Of a DNA stretch of 64,000 bases, positions 1 through 13,105 are shown one piece after another. The position numbers and the translations under genes were made by a program. Within the stretch, counting starts at the first letter, position 1. Each line of letters starts with the position of its first letter. Under the pieces are notes generated by a model that was not told the origin of the DNA, did not search any database, and saw only the letters and a list, made by a program, of their open reading frames with translations. This stretch comes from Eledone cirrhosa. Its lineage: Eukaryota. The stretch covers positions 28,644,001 through 28,708,000 of the forward strand of contig OZ024748.1 of the NCBI GenBank assembly GCA_964016885.1. The letters run 5' to 3'.

Positions 1-1102
1 ATATATATATATATATATATATATACATAAATGTGTTTGTATGTGGTGTGCGTAGCATGAGTGAGAGTGTGAGGGAAAGGAAGAGAAATAGAGAGGGGGT
101 GAGAGAGTGGTTTTGAGAGAGAGAAAAAGAGGGAGAATGAGGGAGAGATAGTGAGAGAGTGAGAGGAATGATGGGAGTGAGAAAGGAGGATGTTGCCTTC
201 AGCGATATAACATCTTTCCTTAGCAGATGTGTAAGAAAACCCGTGTCCACACCTACACACACATACACACATATACACATATACACACACTTACAAACAT
301 ACATACATACAAAATGTACTCGAAATTAAGAGAAAGAGAAACATGCATACACTCATACATATATATTGGCACACATAAACACAGAAACTTACGTATATAT
401 CTATATAGAGAGAGATGTGTGTATGTGTACATGCATACATACCTACGTACATACAATTGTACATACATATATAAAAGTAAATGGAAACACTATGGTAAAT
501 GTAAGGTTACAATATCAACAGTTTAAACGAATGTAAAAGACTTAGTCTCTTCGTACACAGGAACATATTGGGATTGTCTTCACATGTAAATAGAGAAAAA
601 ACCAAGTTTATATGAAACTTTATTTCAAAAGTATTCCAAAAGACATACCATGTAAGTATATATAGATAGTTACATTAAATGGGTTTAGATAATTGGAGAA
701 ATGATCGTCCACGAAGCTCGGAAGCCACATACGGTCCCTCAAGGACGCAGGCGTGGATTACTCCATCCAATGAAAAGTTATAACCAAGCCTAGGCTATAC
801 GGAAATAGGAATTCATCTTGCGTACTGTGCATTGAAGAAAGAATCAATATTTTGAGAAGATAACGTAATAACGATTGTCTAAATACGATATCTAAATTCT
901 ACTCACGCTGTCCCCACGTGGCGAAACACCTATTACGTAATTTTAAAGCATCCGACTAGGTATCGGATATAACACCCCCAGTCTTGGTATCCTGAATGAT
1001 CTATTGTATTCTGATCTTTCTCAATTGCTTCCCCTTTGAGAATATCTTCTGCGCATGTTTATTAGTGACATCGTCTTCCTTTTCCGTGTTATCTCATTTA
1101 AA

Positions 1103-1143
1103 CCGAGCTGATGATCCGTTGAGGTAAAACAAATTGTTCTCGG
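1103..1143 (+). ncRNA. Degenerate type-I hammerhead ribozyme in PLE-type 3' remnant (family shared with 62654)
   Basis: ccgag-CTGATGA-tccgttgaggt-AAAA(G12 lost)-caaattgtt-ctcgg; stem I ccgag/ctcgg; region ~1050-1240 resembles ~62600-62790. Confidence 0.55.
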
Positions 1144-1274
1144 AAATGGTGTACTAACTGTTGTGGAACTACTTCTACCAAACTCGTCTCATGGACTGAG
1201 TGCTCTACTACTGCGGATATAACCCACAAGTGTGTTCTGCCACTATACCCCCCCCCCTCCCCATATATATATAT

Positions 1275-1400
1275 TAGTTTGATTAAAATAACAGGAGGCC
1301 GGACTGGTGAAATTCCTCTACAGTTTGATTGTTGCAAAACACTATATATATTTCAATGGTCTGGTTACGTAACATCCTGGCGATATCATCAGGTTCGTAT
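1275..1400 (-). mobile_element. PLE-type 3' remnant with hammerhead motif (~1340-1395), family of 38598-39020
   Basis: shares aaaataacaggagg..ggactggtg with 38750; minus strand CTGATGA tatcg...catt GAAA tatatata. Confidence 0.6.
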
Positions 1401-1777
1401 TGCATAATTAGTTAACCAATAAAGGATTTACAGCAAACACAAAGAGCGAAAATATAAACAGAAAATATTTGATTCGAAGATGGCCTACGAAGTAGGTGTT
1501 ATTGTTGCTACAGACCACCAGCGACACCATTATCTCCATCAACATCACCAACAACAATAAATAAACACCACAATCACAACCACTCCCACAAACAGCAGAA
1601 CTGTTGATGTCAGCAAAAATTCGTTCCGTCGTTTAAGATTTACATCACTTCTTATCAAGTTGTCCGTCTTTTACACTGTTTCGACATACCTAACTTATAC
1701 ACACACACGCACACATACATATATATATATATACGTATACACACACGCGCGCGCATATATATATATATGTGCGTGTG

Positions 1778-1858
<81 letters not shown>

Positions 1859-1996
1859 GTATACACACACGCGCGCACATATATATATATGTGCGTGTGT
1901 ATATATATATATACATATAACGAAGGAAATGTGGTAAGGAACCAGGTGGACCATAACGCACCAAAGTACTCAATACTTGAGGTAGTAGAGTGGGTA

Positions 1997-2110
1997 ATAG
2001 GAACCAGTAAGACCCCGACAGCTGAGCTCAAGCCGTTTCGACGGCTAATTCTGGACCAGAATTAGCCGTCGAAACGGCTTGAGCTCAGCTGTCGGGGTCT
2101 TACTGGTTCC

Positions 2111-2113
<3 letters not shown>
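1997..2113. repeat. Perfect 117-bp palindrome (58-bp arms) containing the 3' half of a hammerhead
   Basis: ataggaaccagtaag...aattctgg-a-ccagaatt...cttactggttcctat; right arm has GAAA-cggct-tgagctc-agctg-TC-gggg. Confidence 0.9.
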
Positions 2114-2144
<31 letters not shown>

Positions 2145-2274
2145 CATTTCAACACACTTATATGTATGTTTATACATATACACAGCATACATATAAATTA
2201 TATGATATATACACGCGTACATATATACACGTGTCGATAGACTCAGAGGAGCACCTGCATGTACGTTTCGCAGA

Positions 2275-2398
<124 letters not shown>

Positions 2399-5081
2399 CA
2401 TATTTCAGTACCTATATCGCATGCTTTTACAACATGACGTTGACAACTATCATGTACGCAATGAAATCCATCCATACTTTGCATGAGTCATATATCACGT
2501 TAGATATTATCGCATGTCTTATCGTCACGTGGTTTGGCTAATAAGTAAAATATGATTTGCTCGTAACCAATCATTTGTGAAGGAATAAAGTTGATTATAT
2601 CGGGATGGGTAAAATGCGAAGTGGAATTTGAACTCAGTACGCTCAGAATCAAAACACGTGTCGCAAAGTATTTTCCCGGCGCTGTAACGTTTCTACCAAA
2701 ACCACCGCGCTATCATTTATATCGGTTACAAAAACAACAATATCAAGGACAACATTAGCGACAGCAAAAACAATAAAAATGACAAGAATAGCAACAGCAA
2801 TAGCAATGACAACAATTACAACAACAGTAACAATGACAACAATAAAAATAGCAACAGTAACAGTGACAACATCGACAATAACAAAGACAATAATAACTAC
2901 AATAATAACAATAATAACTACAATAATAACAAACACAACAATAATAACGACAACAGTAACAAAGTTAACAACTACAACAACAATGTCAATGAGAGTGATA
3001 ACAAAAACATCAAATTATTCCTCTCTGTCGCTCCGTTTATTCATTTTTTTCTTTTTTTTTTCTGTAAATGTTTCTTTTAAAAACTTCCCTTCTTTCTCTT
3101 TCACGTATTTTTATTTATAATTCTGACATCTTGAAAGATGCTTAATACAGCATTTGATTAAAAAAGTAACTTAATATTGCAAACGGTGTATTATAGAAAT
3201 CATATTGAAAGATGATCTTTATCCCCCTTTTTAGCCTCCCCACCATCACTTTCTCCTCCTCCATTGCCATCACCAATAATAGTTATCGTCTGCTTTCCGC
3301 TCCTACCCGTAAACACGGCACCACACTAAAGTCTTGTAAAATGTTCTGCCTTATCTCGTTCCTTATCTTTACTCAAAGATCTTACTGACAAAACAGATTC
3401 GTTAAGAAACTGTGACGGCTGAAAGTACTTTACTTTCATAGACAAGAGAAAAACGATTCAGCATAAAGAACCTTCCAGATGGTGGGAAAACAACAACAAT
3501 GACTACAACATGGCGGCAATGTTTATAATCACAGACCAAATAAAATAAAAGATTAAAAAGACAAGGTGAAGTTGTGGCCTATATATGTAGGTTCTTCTGG
3601 TTTCATAATTTTATAAATGTTTACCAATAGAGAGAGTCGGTTTCTAACATAGACACAAGGCTCTTTCATTGGTATTTAGACAATATCAACTAGGTAGATA
3701 TATCTACATGTTTGCATGCGTGCGTGTGCGTATGTTTGTATGTGTGGGTGCAGGTATGGTTGTTATTGTATGTGTGGATGTGTGTGTTTTGAGTTATATG
3801 TGTATATGCAGTTATCTGTACATGTGTATATGCAGTTATTACATGCAGAATTTTTGCAATGTTTTATATATTTTTACAGTTGCATTAATGGATTGAGCCT
3901 GAGACCTCCTAACTAGTCTTATTCTTATATCAGATATATTACATATTATTTTTATCTAACGTTGATAACAAAGACAAATTATTTTACATATCTCATTCAT
4001 TGATTTACGATCGTTTTGATATATTGACTGATTTATAGCAGTTAGAGTACTGTATACTATCAGACATAATGCATGGGTTCAATCATACCGTCTTCTTCGG
4101 AAACAATGAAGTAATTATTTCATGCAATCATAAAATCCTGAAAACTTTTATATACTATAAACCCACCTTATACCTGAAATCACTATGATCGTAACTAGTT
4201 TTTTCAACCAAGTGAGACATAAATGGAAATAAAATATTCTTATCCAAATAAACTATCAATAAAATAAATGAATGTTGGTAATTAATTAAATCAGCATTAA
4301 TCTTATCCTTCAAAAACGGCTATATTTCCCCATATCAATCATACTATAACTCATAAACCAATCAAAATAACTTATAATGTAACAAATTGACTTAATGAAA
4401 AACATCTATCTAAGCTCTAACAAATATTCAAAAACAATATTGAAATTTGAAATACAACTTAATTACCATCCATTAATAGCACCTCACCAGAAATAATATA
4501 AGTCTTGAAAATTTTCTATCACTCAATATTTTCCCATATTAAAATTACACTTCACCTGTAATTTCTATACGACTTACAAATTAACCCAAATAACCTATAA
4601 CATTAGCGCAAACTTCTTCCTCTATCCAAACTTTATTAGCTATCCTAAATCAGCATTAGAATTGAAAAATAATTGTTTCTTACCATATATGTATTATATG
4701 TACATATATAACCTCAATTAAAAAACAAGGCTTGCCTTCTAAATTGGGTTTTTATTAAATATTTCAAAAGCTAGCAATACAATAACTTATGAATTAATCT
4801 AAAAAAACTTGTATAATAATCCCTCTATCCGAATTAGAAGACCTATGTAAAAACAGATTAGTTTATAATCAACCAAATGTTTAACATCAATTAAAACACA
4901 TTAACTATACTAATCTAACCCATCTTGTCCGTCTAAATAGGTATCTTGTCTTTTACACCCAGCCTAAAACTCAATACTATAAATCAAATATTTACCACAC
5001 AATTACTCTAGAACTTACCTACTTCCTTTTTTTCATTTCTCAGTGGATTTATTACCCCTAATACTATGCAATCACAACCAC

Positions 5082-5151
5082 CATCATCATCATCATCATC
5101 ATCATCATCACCACCACCACCACCACCACTACCACCACCACCACCACCACC

Positions 5152-5211
<60 letters not shown>

Positions 5212-5265
5212 TTCTTCTTCTTCTTCTTCTTCTTCTTCTTCTTCTTCTTCTTCTTCTTCTTCTTC
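5082..5265. repeat. Compound trinucleotide microsatellite (CAT)n(CAC)n(CAT)n(CTT)n
   Basis: directly visible. Confidence 0.95.
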
Positions 5266-5371
5266 TTTCAGAAGATCCCGTTAAAGGAGAAAGCACCGAT
5301 TCTTTGCATAAACTTTAATCTATTCTTATAATAAATATTTGCTCTACGGATTTATATATATATATATATAT

Positions 5372-5859
5372 ATATATTGTTATACTTTGGGAGGGTCATG
5401 TTGCCAATAAGAAACACACGCACCAGTTGCTTTCACTTCAATTTATTATAATAAATTTATAAATTTAGGAATTTATAAATTTCCGGTTGGTTGGTTCCAC
5501 AACCAGATGGTTGTTTATATATTGTCAAAGTTCTTTCGTCACACATTCTGTGACCTCTTCAGTGACTGGGGATTCTTTTCTTTGTTTTTGTGCCTCTCCT
5601 TTGTTCTGTCCTACGCCATCTTGTTTCTGTGTGTGAAACAAGAACTTTGACAATATATAAACAGCCATCTGGTTGTGGAACCAACCAACCAACCGGAAAT
5701 TTATAAATTCCTAAATTTATAAATTTATTATAATAAATTGAAGTGAAAGCAACTGGTGCGTGTATTTCTTATTGGCAACATGACCCTCCCAAAGTATAAC
5801 AATATCGGTTTCAACACACGTTTTCAGATAAAGAATCTTGCTAAACAAATTCAGAAACG

Positions 5860-5865
<6 letters not shown>
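5372..5865. mobile_element. Inverted-pair cassette in (TA)n, probable PLE 3'-end remnant
   Basis: ~5372-5536 is the reverse complement of ~5640-5805; right arm has an extra ~60-nt tail; same family at 11275 and 39045. Confidence 0.7.
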
Positions 5866-5898
<33 letters not shown>

Positions 5899-5920
5899 GT
5901 ATAAAAATCAATACAATATA

Positions 5921-5998
5921 ATTACCTCATTACCAGAGGTTTCCCGAATGAGGCGAATACGAAATAAACGACTTCATTCGTTCGTCAGACGAGGCAAT
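5921..5998 (-). ncRNA. Type-I hammerhead ribozyme
   Basis: 10-bp stem I attgcctcgt/atgaggtaat; CTGACGA; stem II cgaatga/tcattcg; GAAA; stem III acc-tct-ggt; GUA cleavage triplet. Confidence 0.85.
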
Positions 5999-6789
5999 GT
6001 AAAACATGGGCAAATACCTAGAAAAACACATCAAGAAAATCAAAAAAAGATATAGATAAATGAAATAGAAATTGAAATATATAAAAATCTATCAAGAAAT
6101 ATAGTTAGGTGTGTGTATATGTATGTATATACGCTCACAGATGTGCATATATGTATATGCGCACATGTATGTGTATAGTGAGAAAGTGTGCGTAATTCTA
6201 AAATTTAGGGCAAATGTATCTATATGTCTGTATTATACAGACAGAAATGGTTACATCGTAAATATATGAATATGAAGGCGCGCGCATAAAACGCCTGCAC
6301 ACTCGTACACTTAGATGCGGAAAGAAAGGAGGTAAGGGAGTGTAATAATTAAAAGAAAAGTATCAGTCTCGATATATTTATAAAAATATAATAACGATAA
6401 ATTAGAAAGAAAAGATATTAGAAAGAAAAGATATTAGAAAGAAAAAATTAAAGAAAACAAAAAAAGGGGGGTACATACATACACAGACACGCGTGTCTCA
6501 CAAAAGAAATGTAAAAATAATTATGCTTATATACACACGCGCACTTACACTTCCATACGTTCGATACGTACATACACACACACACACACACATACTTATA
6601 CTCACGCATATAAACCTGTTTGCATGCCCACGTATGAAACTGAGTAAGTAAAAAAAGGGAAGGGGGGGGGGAGAAGAAAAAAGGAACAAAACATAAAACC
6701 GAGATGTCAAAAACACGGATATAAAGACACATACACATACGCATAACATATACATACACACACAAACACCTGTACACACACACATATAT

Positions 6790-6842
<53 letters not shown>

Positions 6843-7229
6843 TACATACACGCACGCGCGCGCACATACGTAGTCACTCATGTACATATATAAAAAGTAT
6901 ACACACATTAAGGCGTTCAGCCATATTGAAATGTGGATAAATAAGTACAAATATAAAATTGTAAGATAGGCTGCGCAAAAATAAAATAAAAATAAAAATG
7001 AAAAATATATCTGGATTGAAAAACACAAAAGACAAGTGTAATCAGTTAGTGGAAGAAAAAGGGAAGTAAAAGAAGGGGAAGTAAAAAATAGAAAATAGGA
7101 AGTGGAATGGAGAATAAAGGGGGGGGGGGTGCAGTAAAAATAAATAAAAGTGAAAATAAATGAAATTATTGACAAGGATAAAAATGAAAGTAAGTCAGAA
7201 AGGGTAATTAAAAAGAGATTAATAAGAGT

Positions 7230-8576
7230 TTATGGAGGATAAGTATCTGAAAGTGTGTTAAGTTTATATGAGCTGGAAAGCAGGTGTGATTTCATGTGTG
7301 GGCAACTGGTGAAAATTTCCGTCTTTGTGTTCAGGCAGGTCTTTGGTGATTTAAGATTTTGCAATATCCAAAATTTTTCATTTATGCTGAGCGTGCATTT
7401 TCTTGTTCCTCTAGCATATTTTTTAGATTGGTTCAAAATTGACCAATCTAGTTTATATTGGATGCCTTGGTCTTTCAAATCCCAAATTCTGCTAGCCAGA
7501 GCTGTTGTAAATCTTTTTTCTGGATGTCGAAAGGATGCGACATGTGAGTAATAACGCGTTTTGAATCTGTCTTGCGTCATACCCACATATCGTTCACTGG
7601 TGGCTGGATGGTTGTTGCTGATGGTTGTCACTTTAGCCGCATATACAATGGCTTTGGTGTTGCATTTACCTTGTAATGGGCATTCACTTTTGATTCTACA
7701 GGAGCAAGTTTGATTTTCTCTAGGTGATATTTTGTTGAGGATATAGGACTTAATAGGAGGACCGCAGGAATAGCTAATTTTAACACAGTTTCTGTTAAAG
7801 ATCTTATAGTATCTATGTGTTCTAGGGAAATGTTTATCTAGGAGTTCTAGGAATATTTTGCCTACATTAGTTTTAACTGCTAGAGAGTAGGGGGGTGTGA
7901 ACCAGATTATTTTTCTTTTCCTATTTTTATGTTTAATAGAGTTAGTATAGTTAGGTATGTATTTAATCGGTTCGCTAAAGCCGCTATTTTGGAGGGCTTT
8001 ATTATAGTAGGGGGATGCCTTATTAAAAATAGCTTCTGAGGAAGAGAGGGTGGAGATCCTACGGCTAATATTAGGGATAAGGTTTTTAAAAACTATAGGT
8101 GGATGGCAAGATCCTTTATTTATATATTTTAAGTTTTCATTAGGTTTATGGTATGGTTTATAAGAAGCAGTAGGCAAATCTAGGTTTATATCTAGGAAAT
8201 CTACGTTGGAAAGGTTAGTGTCAATAGTAATTTTAAGATTAAAACTAGCGAAGGTTTTTATTAAGTCTTTCCTTAATCTATCTAAGTTATGGCCTATGGT
8301 GGTATAGGAAAGTATTAGACCATCATCGCGATAAAGCCCAAAAATATGGTTAGGAAATTTTTCTTTAAGTGTATGTAAGAGGAATAGGCCGACCAGATCA
8401 CAAACCTCGGCACTGTCATAAGAGCCCATTGAGACATCGAATGGGTTCTCTCGGTTAGATATTTTTACCCAAGTGTCATTATCATTAAAAAGTAGAGTGT
8501 TCCTAGCATGCAAGATGACATCCTCTTCGACATCGGAGATATTAGTGAACCCTCTAGCGAAATTTAAAGCTTTCAC
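7230..8576 (-). CDS. PLE reverse transcriptase (C-terminal part) plus GIY-YIG endonuclease
   Basis: VSMGS, YRDDGL, FLDI, YHKP, SCHPP, CSC-x5-CPL-GKC linker, IVY...YVG, C-terminal LNTKTE..CPH. Confidence 0.9.
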   Translation of the reverse strand: MKALNFARGFTNISDVEEDVILHARNTLLFNDNDTWVKISNRENPFDVSMGSYDSAEVCDLVGLFLLHTLKEKFPNHIFGLYRDDGLILSYTTIGHNLDRLRKDLIKTFASFNLKITIDTNLSNVDFLDINLDLPTASYKPYHKPNENLKYINKGSCHPPIVFKNLIPNISRRISTLSSSEAIFNKASPYYNKALQNSGFSEPIKYIPNYTNSIKHKNRKRKIIWFTPPYSLAVKTNVGKIFLELLDKHFPRTHRYYKIFNRNCVKISYSCGPPIKSYILNKISPRENQTCSCRIKSECPLQGKCNTKAIVYAAKVTTISNNHPATSERYVGMTQDRFKTRYYSHVASFRHPEKRFTTALASRIWDLKDQGIQYKLDWSILNQSKKYARGTRKCTLSINEKFWILQNLKSPKTCLNTKTEIFTSCPHMKSHLLSSSYKLNTLSDTYPP

Positions 8577-8939
8577 TAAAAGGGTCTGAGTAATAGATGG
8601 GTAGAAATCTACGACGTCAAATTGGGTGAATCTAGAACTGATTTTGTTTTTAATATTATTAAACCAATGTACTACGGAAGAGCTATTTATCCATTGGAGT
8701 AATTTAGACTTACTTCTAATGTGTGTATTTAATTTATTTAAATTTTTTTTGCTGGGTTGATTAATCTACAACTTAGCAGGTTGATTAATCTACAGTCTTA
8801 GCAGGGTTGATTAATCTACAACTAGGGCGATTAATAAAGTCGGGTTTATGATCTTTAAGGGTGATATACGCAGAACGTTTAGCAAGTTTTTCTGTCCTAT
8901 TATCTATTTTTTAAGAAACAGCTAATTCTTTAGCTGAGG

Positions 8940-9009
<70 letters not shown>

Positions 9010-9299
9010 CCTCAAGGAGCCCTCTTCGGATTTTAGTTTTCGCATTTATTATTATTATTACTATTATTATTACTATATATATATATGTGTGCGTGCGTGC
9101 GTGCGTGTATGTGTGTAAGTGTGCACACGTACACACACATATATATACATACACATATGTACGTATGGGTTATATAAAACAGTTCGATTCGTTTGTAAAC
9201 AAACGGCCCCATTTGAAGCTGTGCCGTGACAGTGACCGATCGTCACCTGCTTCTTCAACACTGGTTTTGAGGAACAATCAACATGTTTCTCAGTCACAA

Positions 9300-9405
9300 G
9301 CCGAGGCTAACTTTGCCTTTCATCCTTACGGGGTCGATAAAATAAAGTACCAGTAATGCACTGATATAATTGCTGGTCTTGTGCCAACAGTTGAAACTAT
9401 TATTA
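9300..9405 (+). mobile_element. tRNA-derived SINE, 3' part
   Basis: ccgagg..actttgcctttcatccttacggggtcgataaaataaagtaccag shared with other copies. Confidence 0.8.
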
Positions 9406-9554
9406 ATTGTTTCTACTTTTGACACATAGTCACTACTTTAAAACTCATAGCGAATGGTCTTCTAAATGTTTTTAATTAAACATACGGCATATTGCCAAAT
9501 ATACTATACATACATTCATGTATACATCGCTATTTCAGAGCATCAATACTAATA

Positions 9555-9583
<29 letters not shown>

Positions 9584-9586
<3 letters not shown>

Positions 9587-10416
9587 CAATATATTTAGAA
9601 ACACACAGAAACATGCGGGGACACACATATACATGAATGCATCCGCACCCAACCGTGAGTTAAGGGTGCCAACTTCACCGATGTTGCTCAATGAATGACT
9701 GGGACAGACCAATCCGGTTGAACTAGACTGAACCAGTATCAGAGTTAAAAATACATTATGAAGAGAGAAGAAACATTTAGATATAATTAGTAATAAAATG
9801 TATCATACCTAAACTGCTCCTAGATTCCTCGACTACGTATTTTCGTGGCATAAACAAAAACAATACATCATAAAGATATAGAGTCCTTGCGAGGTCTGCC
9901 GACTTATCAAGAGGATACCTCATTTTACGGTTGGGTGCGGATGCATTCATGTATATGTGTGTGTCCGCATGTATCTGTGTGTTTCTAAATATATTGTTAA
10001 TAACTCCCTCTGGTCGAGCAATCTTTGAAGTGTGGGGACTGCTGGAAAGCTTCCATTACTCATACTTCTCGCCTCCTTCACCACCTCTTCTACGGCTTCG
10101 ATATAAATACCCCCTCCGCCTCCGTGGTATTTTCTTCGGGGTTATAAGAGGCTTGGCTCTGTTTCTCGACCGTTATATCGCGTGACTATCTCCCCCTCCG
10201 CCTTTTGGGATTCTTTCTCACGTCGTGTAGACGCGTTCTTGAGACTAGTAAAATGAGGTATCCTCTTGATAAGTCGGCAAACCTCGCAAGGACTCTATAT
10301 CTTTATGATGTATTGTTTTTGTTTATGCCACGAAACTACGTAGTCGAGGAATCTAGGAGCAGTTTAGGTATGATACATTTTATTACTAATTATATCTAAA
10401 TGTTTCTTCTCTCTTC

Positions 10417-10421
<5 letters not shown>
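9584..10421. mobile_element. Non-coding hammerhead element as an inverted, circularly permuted pair (retrozyme-like, ~593-nt monomer)
   Basis: 9584-9656 = rc of 9927-~9999; 9755-9928 = rc of 10248-10421; flanked by (TA)n. Confidence 0.75.
10261..10350 (+). ncRNA. Type-I hammerhead with U3-A8 core (second copy 9826-9915, minus strand)
   Basis: tcctc-TTGATAA-gtcggca...tgccac-GAAA-ctacgtag-TC-gagga; palindromic stem III. Confidence 0.75.
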
Positions 10422-10480
<59 letters not shown>

Positions 10481-10654
10481 TTTATTATGGCTAAGTAGTG
10501 AGTCCTCTTGTTACTCTGGAGTTTCACCTGTGCACTTGCAGGATTATCAGCGCGCAGGTGAAGCATCAGAGTAACACGACTCCCTACTTTGCCATAATAT
10601 ATAAATTCTACTTCGGTATTGAGTACTTTTTTCTCTCGTCCGTCAATTATATAC

Positions 10655-10713
<59 letters not shown>

Positions 10714-11194
10714 TTTGCCTCCTTCACGGAACCATGGTTCAACTAAGCACGCATTAACATATTTTGAACTGCTTAACTTCAATGACTGTGTTTGTAAATA
10801 ACATTATTTTTTCTTCCACATTGATTTTTTACGTTCCACATTATGCATGTTTTTTTTTCCTTTTTCTTTTTTCTTTTCACTTCTTAAACCTTGTTTGTAT
10901 ATAACATTATTCTTTCTGCACCTTCTGTTTAACATGTGCGACACCACACTAATACATTTCACTATCATTTGATAATGCATATAAATGCAGAAACCGGTAA
11001 TAGACAATAATTAAATATATAAATAGATAAATAAATGCCATTGTTAAATAATAAATAAATCAACTAATTACTTAACACTTCACACAAAGTAAAACATTTC
11101 GTTTTAATCATTTTCTAACCCAGAAAAAAGAGAGAGAGACAAAAAAATGAAAAAAACAATTTTTGTTCCTCATAATCGTCTCTTTCTCCCTGTG

Positions 11195-11274
<80 letters not shown>

Positions 11275-11284
<10 letters not shown>

Positions 11285-11778
11285 ACTTTGGGAGGGTCAT
11301 GTTGCCAATAAGAAACACACGCACCAGTTGCTTTCACTTCAATTTATTATATATTTATAAATTTATAAATTTACAAATTTACAAACTTATAAATTTCTGG
11401 TTGGTTGGTTGGTTGGTTCCACAACCAGATAGTTGTTTATATATAGTCATAGTCCTTTCGTCACACACTCTGTGACCTCTTCAGTGACTGGAGATTCCTT
11501 TCTTTGTTTCTGTGCCTTTCCTTTCTTCTATCCTACGCCATTTTGTTTCTGTGTGTGTGTTGTGTGCTCAGTTTGCGCATGCGCCACATCCGGGTGTCTG
11601 TGTGTGTTTGTGTTCATTTATTTATTTGTTTATTTATTTATTTATTTATTGTTGGTTGGTTGTTTGTTCTATGTGTGTGTGTGTTTCTTATTGGCAACAT
11701 GACCCTCCCAAAGTACAACAATATCGGTTTCAACACACGATTTCAGATAAAAAATCTTGCTAAACAAATTCAGAAACG

Positions 11779-11785
<7 letters not shown>
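11275..11785. mobile_element. Inverted-pair cassette, same family as 5372-5865
   Basis: ttgttgtactttgggagggtcatg... mirrored at ~11675-11722, same extra tail. Confidence 0.7.
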
Positions 11786-11825
<40 letters not shown>

Positions 11826-11828
<3 letters not shown>

Positions 11829-13034
11829 AAAGAGATGAAATCGAAAATGCAACTGGAGTCTTATTTTTTTTTTAAATATATATATTTATTTGCTTCCTTT
11901 ACCGGTTTCGCAGTTCTTCTGCTTTTCAAAAGGTGAGTTGAGATGGAGGGTCTGTGGTTTTTCTCACATCTGGTTGGTCTCTGAATGTTACTTGTTTTAT
12001 ATGGAAAAAGTGGCTCGAAATGCCAGGTTTTTCGAGAAGTAATTTGATTGGTTTGTCAATAATTATAATAAATTTCGCGCCAGTTCGCGTTACAATAGTT
12101 CTTCAAATAAGAGGGGGGGGTTGTCACAGGTTGTTTTTTCATATATGAGTGTTTGAATTTCTTTTTACTTGAAAAAAGGGGCTCACGAAGGCTTTTTTTT
12201 TTGGTTGGTTATAAATGAAATTATGGCTGTCAAGTTTTCATTAAATTTTCGTGCCCTTATTTGGAAATCCATTCTGTAGCCTTTTTAGAGAATTTTATGA
12301 TAAGTGAAAGATAATGGTCAAGAGAAAGGGATGGGAGAATTGTTCTGGTTCAGTGAATATGGTTAGTTCGCTGGGGTGTCAGAATTCAGATTTTCTATTG
12401 AATAAAGAAAGTAAAGATATGTATGTTTATTTGTGTGCTTGTGTGTGTGTGTTGTGTGTGTGTTTGAATTTCTTTACTTTAAAAAAAGGTGACTCACGAA
12501 GGCTTTTTTTTAATAAACGTGATTTGATTGGTTATAAATGAAATTTGGCTGTCACGTGAACAAGTTGTCATTACATTTTGCGCCCTTATTTAGAAATCTA
12601 TTCTGTAGCCTTTATAGAGAATGTTATGACAATGGAAAGATAGTGGTCAAGAGAAATGGGATTGGGAGAATTGTTCTGGTTCAGTGAATATGGTTAGTTC
12701 GCTGGGGTGTCAGAGTTCAGATTTTCTATTGAAGTAAAGATATGTATGTTTATTTGTGTGTGTGTGTATTAGAAGATGATTCTATTAGTAGAAATGGGGG
12801 AGGGAGTTGTGTGTGTGTGTATATGGGTGTTATGTGTGTGTGTGCGAGTATGTTAAGATGGAGAGAATATATATTTTGTGTGTGTGTATATATGTGTGTA
12901 GGAAAGTGGTTCTATTAGTAGAAATAGGGGAGGGGAGTTGTGGGTGTGGGGGTTGTTATGTGTGTGTATGGGTGTTATGTGTGTGGGAGTATGGTTAGCA
13001 TGTTAAGATGAAGAGAATATATATATATATATAT

Positions 13035-13105
<71 letters not shown>

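Larger units (their letters stand above)
5897..8940 (-). mobile_element. 5'-truncated Penelope-like retroelement (CxC-linker, 'Hydra'-type endonuclease) with ~1.3-kb 3' UTR
   Basis: RT-EN ORF 7230-8576, degenerate RT sequence upstream, 3' hammerhead, (TA)n on both sides. Confidence 0.85.

Noticed and set aside
2649-3120. Thr-rich or Val/Ile-rich ORFs (mucin or membrane-like)
   Set aside because: Degenerate (ACA/ATA)n trinucleotide tract.
3950-5040. Possible very old PLE RT/EN remnant
   Set aside because: Only scattered motif hints with many stops; cannot be supported without a profile search.
5266-5305. cagaaga-tcc..gga-gaaa motif (also ~36165)
   Set aside because: U4 is replaced and stems I and III cannot be paired convincingly; at best a decayed HHR.
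5790-5832. Minus-strand ctgaaa..gaaa hammerhead-like motif in the tail of the 5372/11275/39045 family
   Set aside because: No stable stem II, core differs among copies, and orientation is opposite to the inferred element sense.
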